Assembly: GCA_000004985.1 (NCBI GenBank)
Contig: GG738869.1
DNA from: Naegleria gruberi
Lineage: Eukaryota
Reading direction: 5' to 3' (one strand)
Length of the DNA stretch: 64,000 nucleotides
A program made the position numbers and the translations under genes. Below the pieces are notes generated by a model that was not told the origin of the DNA, did not search any database, and saw only the letters and a program-made list of their open reading frames with translations. Shown here one piece after another: positions 39,469 to 49,516 of this stretch (position 1 is its first letter; every line of letters begins with the position of its first letter).

Positions 39469-39542
39469 TACAGCGAGCGGGGCTTGAACCCGCGACCTTA
39501 AGCGTGTTAGGCTTACGATCTAACCAACTGATCTATCGCTGC
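39469..39542 (-). tRNA. tRNA-Val (anticodon AAC)
   Basis: The reverse complement reads GCAGCGA TA GATC AGTTGGTTA GATC G TAAGC CTAACAC GCTTA AGGTC GCGGG TTCAAGC CCCGC TCGCTGT A. This folds as a full cloverleaf with the GTTCAAGC T-loop and anticodon loop CT-AAC-AC. A TTTT run lies shortly downstream on the minus strand. Confidence 0.9.
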
Positions 39543-39712
39543 TTACATTCATTATGAAATGTTTCTTAATATCGATTTACTAAAATACTCAACAGGTCTA
39601 TGGAGGTGCTTTATTTCTAAATTGAAATTTAGTTGCTCAAACGCTGAACCTAAACTAAATGGTTGTTTGATTTTTGTAAGAGACATTAATATTGATATTG
39701 AAACTCTAAAAA

Positions 39713-42700
39713 ATGGCGAAACGATCGTTCACTGATTTGCTAATTGTTACCTTGACTTCCGATGATCATTTCGAAGATATCACCATACCAGAGCACGATT
39801 GTGATTTATTGGCATTAAAACATTTTCAAAAAGTTGCAGCAGAACGTATCGAAAGAAATGAACAAATTTATTCTCATGTTTCCCATCTAAAATCAAGAAA
39901 TCACTCAAATAATTATGAAAAAATTACTAAAAATCCATTTCCGGACAATGATTGTAAATTAGCTTTTTTCAAGGTTTTAAAGTATGATGGCTTGTTGTTG
40001 CAGTTTGCATCGAATGAATTGAGAAATGATCGTGATGTTGTTTTGAGAGCTGTTAAAGAAAATGCAGGTTCTATCGAGGTGGTGAGTGAGGAATTGAGAA
40101 GTGATAGGGAATTTGTGGAGAAGGTTGTTATGATTGCTAAAGATAGAACGAGTTTGTCCACAAAAAGTTTTTTCAAATTTCTTGACAAGTTTCATGATGA
40201 TGAGTTGATTGTTAGAAAGGTGGTGGAGAAACATGTAAATTCTCTCGAGTTTGTATCACCAAGATTGAGAAATGATAGGTAGGTTGTTTAAATATCATTA
40301 CCAAAAGCAAATTCATACACAGAGAGATTGTTTGGAATGCTGTTAAAAGAAATGGATCATCTCTTCAATTCGTTCCAGAACATTTGAAAGATAGAGAATT
40401 GGTTATGCTTGCTGTGAAAACTGATTCCCAGGCACTTCTATTTGCACCAATAGAGTTTTTGAAAGATAAAGAAATTATTTCAAGAGCTGCTAAATTATCA
40501 GGACTTGCTATTAAATATGCCCACACAGAACTTAAAAACGACAGAGAGTTTGCTTTAGAGATGGTAAAGTTGAGAGCACTTGGTTATAATTATCTTTCGG
40601 AAGATCTAAGAGGAGATCGGTAAGTTGTTTGTGAAACTGTTGCAACAGTAATGAACGGAAAATTAGGGAAATTGCATTGGCAGCTATGAAGTCAATGCCA
40701 ACTTGTCTAAGAATGGCACCTAATCACATCAAAGATGATTTTGAAATTGTTTCCATTGCGGTTACGAAAAATTTATCAGCTCTTGTGTTTTCCTCACAGA
40801 GATTCAAAGATGATACAGACTTTATCTATAACTGTGCTTCAACTGCAAGTCAAATTATTTATTTTCTGAATAATCATGAATCTCTATTAGTAACTAATCG
40901 AGATTTCTGTTTACGGCTCATAGAAAAGAGTTGTGGATATGATTGTTTTAGAAATGCTCGAGATTTTGTGAAATTGGATAAGGAACTATGTCTGAAATTC
41001 ATACAAATACATCCAGATTGTTTGGAAGATGTTAAATGTGAAGATATTCTAAATGACAAACAACTCTTAATGGATTTATTGCCACACAGTGAAAAAATTC
41101 TTCTTCAAATTCCAAATGAGCTTTGTAATGATAGAGAACTCATGATGTGGGCATCGAAAATTCATGACAATGCTCTAAAATTTGCCTCTGAAGAGCTTTG
41201 TGCTGATAGAGAGTTTGTAAATGAGGCATTGCTTTGTGATTTTGGTAATTTTGAGTATTTATCAGAGGAGTTGAGAAGTGATAGAGAGTTAGTGGAAAAT
41301 ATTGTAAAAATTGATGGTTTCAATGTTCAATTTGTACCAGAATTATTTAGAAACAATAGAGAACTAATCATTACTTCAATCAGAAATGCATTCTCAGATA
41401 TTTCTCCATACTTAGGATATCAGTTGAAGGAAGATAGAGATATTATTTTGGAATCTGTGAAAAGATCTGGCATTATAGAAAATCTTCTACACGAGTTTAG
41501 AGATGATAGAGAAATTGTAATGATGGGAATTCAACAATTTGGACCAGAATTTCGATATGCTTCCAAGTTTTTACGTAGCGATAGAGAATTGGCATTAATT
41601 GCCATTAGAAACTTGTGCACTTTAGAGCATATTCCCAAGGAAATATTAGATAGAAAACTTGCCTATGAAGCTTGTAAACGTTCGGCCTTTAATTTAAAAT
41701 TTGCCTCTGAGTATAGAGAGGATGAACTAATTGTTCTTTCTGCATTAAGCAATGAAAATGGGGGTTTATATACCAAATATGTCGGTGAGCGGTTGAAGAA
41801 TGACAGAGATTTTATATTGAAAGCTTCCAAACTTCAACCTAGTATTATTGCTCATATTTCGACTGAGCTTCTCCAAGATAGAGAAATAATCATAAATGCA
41901 CTTTCGCATGATGGAAATGTACTTGCTCATCTACCAGAGGAATTCAAGAGTTGTAGAGAATATGTGGAAATAGCTGCTAACTCAAACCCACATTCACTTA
42001 AATACGCATCAGAAGATTTGAAGCAGGATCCAGAGTTGTTATATAAGGCAATTGCAACAGGGATTGCCAACTCTTTAGTTTCTGAACAATTTTTGGAGGA
42101 TGCTGATGAGTCAACTATACAAAAATGTATTGAAAATGGAGTTTCACTTCGTAGTTTTCCTAAGTCTTTAACCAGTAATAGAAACTTAGTTATTAAGGCT
42201 GTAAATATTAATATGGAGAATCTTAGATATGCATCCAAGGATCTAATTAACAAGGAACTGATTATGGAAATTTCACCAAAAAATTTTGATATATTACTAC
42301 TTCCAATCAAATGGAGAAGTGACAAAGATATTGCTTTAAAGGCTTTGGAAATGAATGGAAAATCAATAATATATATTTCTGATGAGTTGAAAAATGAATT
42401 TAAGCACAACAAGGAAATCCTATTGAAAGCAATGAAAACAGATAGCATTCCATTCCTTTATGCGAGCGATGATTTACAAAACGATCGTGATTTTATTTTG
42501 GAATCTGTTTCAACAAATGGCTTGGTATTGAGATATGTTGCATCCCATTACAAAGAAGATAGGGAAGTAGTTTTAAAGGCAGTTAAAAATCATGGAAATT
42601 CAATTCGTTACGGAGCCAGACATTTCATGAATGATAGAGAAATCATGTGGAATGCAGTTCAAAACTTGGGAGCCAAAATTCTTCCGTGCAATCCATTAAT

Positions 42701-43019
42701 TTATGGCTCCTTTGAAATACGAAGTGACCGTGAGCTAGTTCTAGAAGCCGTTCGCCATGATTATCACTCCCTTGAATATGTTGTCATTGAATTATTAAGC
42801 GACGAAGAATTCATGACGAAATGCGTGGAAATTAATATTAATTCTCTAATTTATGCTCACTACCAATTAAGATACAATGTAGATTTTCTGAAACGATTGA
42901 ACAAGACAGATATGATCAGAGAAGACACTGATTTACACAACAAAATAGATATTGAAGGACTATTAGGATACAATCCAAAACTTAAAGATTTGAATATTAT
43001 TGATAGAGCTGAAATTTAA
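39713..43019 (+). CDS. DUF4116-repeat protein, 3 exons, 1071 aa
   Basis: Exons 39713..40278, 40323..40619 and 40667..43019. Introns 40279..40322 (GTAGGT..ACAG) and 40620..40666 (GTAAGT..TTAG). The junctions restore LRNDR|EIVWNAVKRNG and LRGDR|EIALAAMKS. Dozens of copies of L(R/K)xD(R/K)E(I/V/L)xLxA(V/I)xxNGxxLxYAS, which I recognise as the DUF4116 repeat. Confidence 0.8.
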
Positions 43020-43134
43020 CACAAACTATCACGTGATACCAGCTGGTAATGAGTTTACTAACAATGTTCCCATTTTCCAAGTTGAGTTTGGAATGTTGTC
43101 TTAACAATGAAACAGAAAAATATGTAAAAATTAT

Positions 43135-45111
43135 TTACTCTCTACTCTGTATCATGTTATTTACAATACGTTTGTAATTTGCTCTTGATAGAGAGACCAA
43201 ATCATCCAAACCAAATGAATAACTTGAATTATTATCGAGACAATATTCCATCATGCTAATGAGTTCCAAAATCTGTTCTCTAAACATTGGTATACTCACA
43301 ACAGTATCCTTCTTTGTTGTTGCATGTAAGGAGAATCTGGAAACGAGTGTAGAACGACATATTATAGTAATAGGAATTGTGGTTGACTTGATGAGTTTGT
43401 TTAGCTCTTTTAACACTCTCTTACAATCCATTGATGTTGGAAATAAGAACATGGCCCAATATAACTGAAAGTGTATACTCTCCTTTAACAATCTAGATTT
43501 GGATGTCAGATCTTGAATTGCTTGTTTTGTAACTTGGTGATAATCTAATGTATTGTCTTTCAGTACATTCATCCATCCAATTAACAACTTAGTGGCAAAC
43601 AGAATTGGAGAATTCCCAAAATTGAGCATTAAGAAATTCAAATCATTTCGAGCCAAATGAAATTCTGCTTGTTGGGCTAGAAAGATTGATCTGTTTAGAT
43701 AGGCATTGAATCTATCTCTAGCATGAGTTGCATTTGTACATGCCATATCAAAATATTGTCTAGCCCTTACATAATTTCCATTCAGTTCCATAACAAAAGC
43801 AACATTGACCATTGCACTAATGTACCTAGAATCTATTCGAATGGCATTTAGAGAATTATCCTTAGACTGTTTCCTCAGATTTAGAATTTCAGTTGCTTGC
43901 TCCAAATTAGACCTTGCCTCAAGTTGACGAGAAAGAGCCAACTGTACAAGTGCCTTATTATTGAGAGCTCGTGTATCATTGGGATTTAAACTATCTAATA
44001 CATACTGAAATTTAGAAGCAGCCTCATGAAAGTTTTCTGAAAACAGTAAATAATAGCCATGAAATTTGTATGAAAAGCTGCGAACATCATCCCAAATTCC
44101 TTTGACGATTGATTGACACATACGAACCAAGGAGAATTCAACTTGGTTATATCGAATTTGACCAACCTTTGTAACTTGAGAAAATTTGTTTTCACTCTTT
44201 GCTAATTGTCCAACAAAGTCAACAAGGTCTGGATTCGGATTGTTGGTGGGGTTTGTTTCAGCTCGATCTTGGAACATGTAGAGCCGAATAATAATTTCTT
44301 CCATAGTTTCGTATTGAGGAATTCTAGTTTCTTGACTTTGAAAACAACTCCATAACAATGGTACAAGATTACTCTCCTCCAATCTGTGTCTAGCTTCTTC
44401 AGAATCATTTTCGTATAGAATTGCCGCAATTTCATCATTCTCCAAGGTTGAAAATGTTTGATTTAGATTTCCTGTAATTAATTGAAATAAAATTGACCCC
44501 AAGGCAAAGACATCATAGGTTTCACTACTTCCTTCACTTGGATAGTTGTTTCCACAACTGTTTGAAAACTCATCATCATCATCAAGAACATCTCCAACAT
44601 GTTGCATCTTTTCAAAATCTGCAAGGACTATTCTAATCACATCGTTTTCATAGCTTTCAACAAGAATATTCTTCAATGTTATATCTCTGTGCACAATGTT
44701 GTTATGATTCCTCAATTCGACAAGAGCACTCGCTAGTTGATAACCTATTTGATATATGATTGGAAATGGAAGTAATCTCATTTGTTTAGTTGTCTCATCA
44801 AACAACATTGAATACAGATCACACTTATAGAATGGCATTTCAATTACCAGTGCATTGTTTTCAAAGTAAGATCGGTAAATTTTCACAATGTTTGGATGGT
44901 CCACCTTTTCTATCATTTCTGCAATTTCCTTTTGTTTTTGTAAATGTTCATCAAGTTTCTCACATTTCATATTATTTTCTTCCCTCTCAATTCTATAAAC
45001 CTTATTTGTGGATATTTCACGAATGACGTGGATTAGAATAGGGGAACGACGACTAGTGTGCAGTAATTGATAGTTGACTTTGTCTTTTTTCCATTTTTCA
45101 GTAATAGACAT
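43135..45111 (-). CDS. Kinase-like (probable pseudokinase) domain fused to a TPR-like helical repeat region
   Basis: 658-aa ORF. HRDITLKNILV and LADFEKM (DFE instead of DFG). No GxGxxG loop. VYRIE sits where VAIK is expected. The C-terminal half has TPR-like repeats (YYLLFSENFHEAASKFQYVL, NGNYVRARQYFDMA). Confidence 0.65.
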   Translation of the reverse strand: MSITEKWKKDKVNYQLLHTSRRSPILIHVIREISTNKVYRIEREENNMKCEKLDEHLQKQKEIAEMIEKVDHPNIVKIYRSYFENNALVIEMPFYKCDLYSMLFDETTKQMRLLPFPIIYQIGYQLASALVELRNHNNIVHRDITLKNILVESYENDVIRIVLADFEKMQHVGDVLDDDDEFSNSCGNNYPSEGSSETYDVFALGSILFQLITGNLNQTFSTLENDEIAAILYENDSEEARHRLEESNLVPLLWSCFQSQETRIPQYETMEEIIIRLYMFQDRAETNPTNNPNPDLVDFVGQLAKSENKFSQVTKVGQIRYNQVEFSLVRMCQSIVKGIWDDVRSFSYKFHGYYLLFSENFHEAASKFQYVLDSLNPNDTRALNNKALVQLALSRQLEARSNLEQATEILNLRKQSKDNSLNAIRIDSRYISAMVNVAFVMELNGNYVRARQYFDMACTNATHARDRFNAYLNRSIFLAQQAEFHLARNDLNFLMLNFGNSPILFATKLLIGWMNVLKDNTLDYHQVTKQAIQDLTSKSRLLKESIHFQLYWAMFLFPTSMDCKRVLKELNKLIKSTTIPITIICRSTLVSRFSLHATTKKDTVVSIPMFREQILELISMMEYCLDNNSSYSFGLDDLVSLSRANYKRIVNNMIQSRE

Positions 45112-45236
45112 GATGATTTTTGTTTAGTGTGTAAGTTTTGCATGATGGTTGTTTACAAGGAAAAGACCAGATCAAAATCCAAAATGGAATTATTCCAAAA
45201 TAATAATTTTAAAATTTCATATCCAAGTTAACTCGT

Positions 45237-46739
45237 TTATAATACAATTTGTACAAATTCATTGATCAAGTGACTGTCATGCATTTTGTATCTTGTCATG
45301 GTATCATTTCCAATTCTTTCCAATTCAACTAAGCAATCATCTAAATCCTTCTTTGTGTGAGCACTAGAAATGCAGAATCTTACTCTGGCCAAAGCAGTTG
45401 GACAAGCAGGAGCACCAACAATAACAATGGCAATTCCTCTCTCGAGGCAAATTCTAGAAAATGCAATCAATTTTGTCAAGTGATAAATCATCATGACGAT
45501 AACAGGTGAATCTCTATCTGAAATAATTTCAAATCCAAGTTTTTTCAAAGAATCCCCAAAGTAATTGGTATTGAAACTCAATTGGTCTAATTTTTCCTTT
45601 CCAATACTTGTGTTATCTTCACCCATAATGCAAGTGAGAGCTGACAATGCCTGTTGGGCACAAGGAATTGATATTGAAGTACCATAAATCAATCCAAAGC
45701 AAGATTTTTTCAAATAATCAATGACCTCAGCATCTCCAGAAATGTATCCTCCCACAGAATTAAAACTCTTTGTAAAGGTTCCCATCAAGATGTCAATATC
45801 CTTTGGGTCAACATTTTGCTGTTCACAAACACCTCTTCCAGTTTTACCCAAAGCTCCACACGAATGAGCCTCATCCACATAGAGATGGAACTTGTATTGC
45901 TTCTTCAATTCAACTACTCTTTTCAAATTGACAATTTCACCTTCCATACTGTAAATTCCCTCAACAATGACAATAATCTTCTTCCATGGTTTTCTATTTC
46001 CTGGTCCTGGTTGACCATCAATAATGTTCTTTCTCAATAATTTCTCCAAATGATCCATATCATTGTGTCTGAAACGAAGAACTGTTGGAGTACCTTCTGA
46101 AGCTCTAGTTCCATTCACAATACTTGAATGGTTCAAAGAATCGGACAAGATGAGACAATCTCTAGTTGGAGCCAATAATGGAATAACTGTAGAATTGGTT
46201 GCAAATCCCATGGACACAACCATTGCACTTTCCTTTCCAATAAATCTAGCAACTCTCTTTTCCAATTCTCTATGAATTGGAGTATAACCATATTCAGAAT
46301 ATGCAGAACCAGAAGCAACACCATATTTATCAAAACTCTCCAAAACCTGATCAACTACATGTGAAGGACTTTCAGAAAATCCTAGATAATTATAACTAGC
46401 CATATTTAAACAACTTTTCAATTTACCATTCGTGTCAATATTTGCAACTCTTTCAGTGTTTGGATTTCTCATCATGACTTGAATATGTGAAGATGGTCTG
46501 CTTGCAATCGGTCTGTGGAAACAATCAGAACATTTCCCATAGATTCTTCTCACAAAGAAATCATCATCTACGAGGGGTTTCTTACTAGCTTCATCAGGAA
46601 ACCTTTCATAATTTGTTTTATCGATCGGACCAATGAAGAGAATATGAAACAAATCGCTGATCTTTCCCAATATAAATACAATTAGTAGATTTGTATGGGT
46701 TAGAAATAAAGTCAACGGGGAAGGATCACAATGCGTCAT
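45237..46739 (-). CDS. LCB2: Serine palmitoyltransferase subunit 2 (alpha-oxoamine synthase family, PLP-dependent)
   Basis: 500-aa ORF. NMASYNYLGFS, HSSIV, DEAHS and the PLP-lysine block GTFTKSFNSVGGY are present. The N-terminal hydrophobic PLTLFLTHTNLLIVFILGKISDLF resembles the SPT2 TM region. A possible extra 56-nt upstream exon (46887..46942) would join via a TACTAAC-containing 140-nt intron (46747..46886). That model keeps the frame but is unproven. Confidence 0.8.
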   Translation of the reverse strand: MTHCDPSPLTLFLTHTNLLIVFILGKISDLFHILFIGPIDKTNYERFPDEASKKPLVDDDFFVRRIYGKCSDCFHRPIASRPSSHIQVMMRNPNTERVANIDTNGKLKSCLNMASYNYLGFSESPSHVVDQVLESFDKYGVASGSAYSEYGYTPIHRELEKRVARFIGKESAMVVSMGFATNSTVIPLLAPTRDCLILSDSLNHSSIVNGTRASEGTPTVLRFRHNDMDHLEKLLRKNIIDGQPGPGNRKPWKKIIVIVEGIYSMEGEIVNLKRVVELKKQYKFHLYVDEAHSCGALGKTGRGVCEQQNVDPKDIDILMGTFTKSFNSVGGYISGDAEVIDYLKKSCFGLIYGTSISIPCAQQALSALTCIMGEDNTSIGKEKLDQLSFNTNYFGDSLKKLGFEIISDRDSPVIVMMIYHLTKLIAFSRICLERGIAIVIVGAPACPTALARVRFCISSAHTKKDLDDCLVELERIGNDTMTRYKMHDSHLINEFVQIVL

Positions 46740-47170
46740 TGAAAAACTGTACTGTTAGTAATATATATTTGTTATTATTGTTAAAAACTGTTGAAGAATA
46801 TTTTGAGTGGTTGTTTTTGTGGCTGTTTTGTGTGTGGCTATGAGGAAATGCACGGTGAGTGTGTTGACCTTTTTTTTGAGTAATACTTGAATAAGATTCG
46901 ATGAGCGAATTGAAATATTTTTGAGAATCGAATCTTTCTCATTATCCTTCAAGAAGAAGAGGAGTTGCTGCTTGTCGCCGTTTGTTCGTTTATTGCTGTT
47001 GGTGTTTGGGCAATTGGAAGATAGAACGAACTTCGGGTGTACACCATGTCGTTGAATGGTTGTGTTTTCCTTTTAGATGGAATTTGATCATGCAATTTCC
47101 TGAACACTCCCTGACCAAAGGTAAGTTTTAGAAGAGTTGTTACGTTTGATTTTTTTGAAATGGATGTGAA

Positions 47171-47251
47171 GCAGGGGTTCCCGAGTGGTCAAAGGGGGTA
47201 GACTCAAGTTCTACTGCGCAAGCTTCGTGGGTTCAAATCCCACCTTCTGCA
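47171..47251 (+). tRNA. tRNA-Leu (anticodon CAA), class II with long variable arm, no intron
   Basis: Acceptor stem GCAGGGG pairs with CTTCTGC (two G-U pairs). Anticodon stem-loop GTAGA CTCAAGT TCTAC. T arm GTGGG TTCAAAT CCCAC. Discriminator A. Followed by a T6 run. Confidence 0.9.
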
Positions 47252-47253
47252 GC

Positions 47254-47259
47254 TTTTTT
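47254..47259 (+). terminator. Pol III T-run terminator after tRNA-Leu
   Basis: TTTTTT begins 3 nt after the tRNA 3' end. Confidence 0.6.
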
Positions 47260-47438
47260 ACAAAATCAACTTATAAGATGTATAAACTTTTTTTATATCT
47301 GCATGTTGTATTTGATGTCTACCATCATATCTGAAAGAATCTATTTTTTATTTACTATTTTAGTTCGAAGAATAGCCTCAGATCAAAAACGTTGATATTT
47401 CACTTGAAAAAATCTCATCACTTTACAATTTTAAAAAA

Positions 47439-49445
47439 ATGTCTCAACAACCTTCAAGCTGCCTTTTATTGTCTCTACCCGACGAATGTCTATCACTGGT
47501 TTTTTCCAACCTCTCCATACAAGAACTATTCTTCCGAGCCAGATCTACCTGTAGAAATTTTCATGAAATTATTGTGGGTATCGCTTCACCATTTCAACAA
47601 AAGGAAAACAAGAATTGCTTGATAAGAAATCAAAAGTTGAAAATTTTGTGTTTAAATAATAATCCAATCAGATTAAAATCACTGTGGGAGTGTATTAGAA
47701 AGGGTTATTTTGAAGAATCAGTAACTAAATTCAGTATTACTGCTAGAAGAACTGAATTGTTGGAAACTTTGCTTGACAAGAATGATTTCTTTGTAAAATA
47801 CTTTTCAAATTTGGAATGTTTAAAATTTGGATCAAAGAATTTGTGCAGTGAACATATTTCTGAATTGTTTAATCCTGATAATTCCAAACATTTAAGAAAG
47901 TTAACAATATTGAAGTTGGCAAATAATAATTTGGATATCAAAACAGCAAGGAGCATAGCCAAGTGTGAAAACTTAACTAATTTGACATCACTAGATTTGA
48001 GCACTAATGTTATGGAAGGTGACTGTATAGAATTACTAACGAGTCCATATTTAGAAAAGTTAACAAATCTCAATTTGAGTGGTAATTATATTACAACAAT
48101 ATTATGGAAAGAAAAATTCAAATTCAAAAACTTGGAAAAGATATCAATTGAAAATCCATTTGAGTTCGTTTTCAATAATCAATCTGAAACATATTTATTT
48201 AGCAAGCTCACATATCTAGATGCTTCTGACTCAATTGAGGAGGAAAAAAGATTCTCTGCTATGAAAAAGTTTGATTCCATACCAACAATCACATATTTGA
48301 ATTTAAATTATGTAGAATTAACACAAGAATCCATACTATCCCTTATTGCAGATAGTAGATGCCTTTCCAAGTTGGAAAATTTAGAATTAATCGGTTGCTC
48401 ACTTACTGGAACTGGATTTGCAATCTTGACTAGAAGCAGATATTTATCAAATTTGAAAAATCTGGTTGCTGAAAGTAATGACATTGATTTTGAAGGTTTT
48501 GTACACTTTGGAACAGATTCGTTTACTTTGAAGAATCTAATTACTCTAGATTTAATTTCAAATGACTTTAGCGTGAAATCTTATGAATATTTATTAAGAG
48601 AACCCTCTTTAACAAAATTGGAGAAACTTTATTGTGATAATGTTGATGAGGTTGAGGCAAAATACATTGCAGAACACCAAGAAAATATTACAGGAATAAC
48701 TGATTTGGTATTTACTGGCTATTCTGAAATGGAAGATGACAGTATGAAATATTTGGCCATGTTAAAATTACTCAAACTCAAGAAATTGAAATGCACTGGC
48801 ACAGGAGGCACCTTTTCAGGATTGATTTACTTTTTAGAAAATTGCACTTGTGAAAATTTGGAAACATTAGAATTTGGTAGGGTAAAATTTACAAATATTG
48901 ACGAGCAAATGAAGGCCATCTCATCACTACTCTCCAATAAGCACTTCTCCAAGTTGGAAACCCTAACTTTGGATGGACTTGCTGATGAACCTTTGAGAAT
49001 GTTATTGGATAATATGGACGACGATAAGTTATTGAGCAAACTTTCAACTTTATCAATTTCAGAAATTAATGACGATGCATTCAGAGTTCTAACAAGTCAT
49101 CCAAATAGTTCCAAATTGAAAATGCTTGCTCTTATGGAAGGAGAGCTTTCAGATGAGTCAATTGAACATTTTGTTAATAGTCCACACTTTCATGAGCTTA
49201 ATTATTTGGATTTGATTGGAACTGAAATATCACGTGAATCGAGTAAGCGTATTGCTCACAGTACCAACATTCCAAATCTCGAATATTTATTTGGTTCTTT
49301 TATTTTGGCTGATTTCGAACAGGAAACTAATTTACCGAAACTTTCTCATCTCTATTTAACAGAAAATGGTTTGGAAACCCCAAAAGATGATGATGATGAT
49401 GGATTGTATGAAGCAACAGAAGTGGAAGATCAACTTTCAAATTAA
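47439..49445 (+). CDS. F-box / RNI-type leucine-rich-repeat protein
   Basis: 668-aa ORF with aaaaaaATG context. The N-terminal LLSLPDECLSLVFSNLSIQELFFRARSTCRNFHEII is F-box-like. About 15 LRRs follow (LTNLTSLDLSTNVMEG..., LTNLNLSGNYI...). Confidence 0.7.
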   Translation: MSQQPSSCLLLSLPDECLSLVFSNLSIQELFFRARSTCRNFHEIIVGIASPFQQKENKNCLIRNQKLKILCLNNNPIRLKSLWECIRKGYFEESVTKFSITARRTELLETLLDKNDFFVKYFSNLECLKFGSKNLCSEHISELFNPDNSKHLRKLTILKLANNNLDIKTARSIAKCENLTNLTSLDLSTNVMEGDCIELLTSPYLEKLTNLNLSGNYITTILWKEKFKFKNLEKISIENPFEFVFNNQSETYLFSKLTYLDASDSIEEEKRFSAMKKFDSIPTITYLNLNYVELTQESILSLIADSRCLSKLENLELIGCSLTGTGFAILTRSRYLSNLKNLVAESNDIDFEGFVHFGTDSFTLKNLITLDLISNDFSVKSYEYLLREPSLTKLEKLYCDNVDEVEAKYIAEHQENITGITDLVFTGYSEMEDDSMKYLAMLKLLKLKKLKCTGTGGTFSGLIYFLENCTCENLETLEFGRVKFTNIDEQMKAISSLLSNKHFSKLETLTLDGLADEPLRMLLDNMDDDKLLSKLSTLSISEINDDAFRVLTSHPNSSKLKMLALMEGELSDESIEHFVNSPHFHELNYLDLIGTEISRESSKRIAHSTNIPNLEYLFGSFILADFEQETNLPKLSHLYLTENGLETPKDDDDDGLYEATEVEDQLSN

Positions 49446-49516
49446 ATAAATTTCTGTTCGAATCAAAACTAATTCTAATTTGGTAATTCTCATAGTTTTA
49501 CAAAGTCGAAAAAAAA

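Noticed and set aside
41927-42448. 173-aa minus-strand ORF inside the DUF4116 gene
   Set aside because: It is antisense to a clearly repetitive, well-supported coding region and has a low-complexity Ser/Leu/Ile-rich translation.
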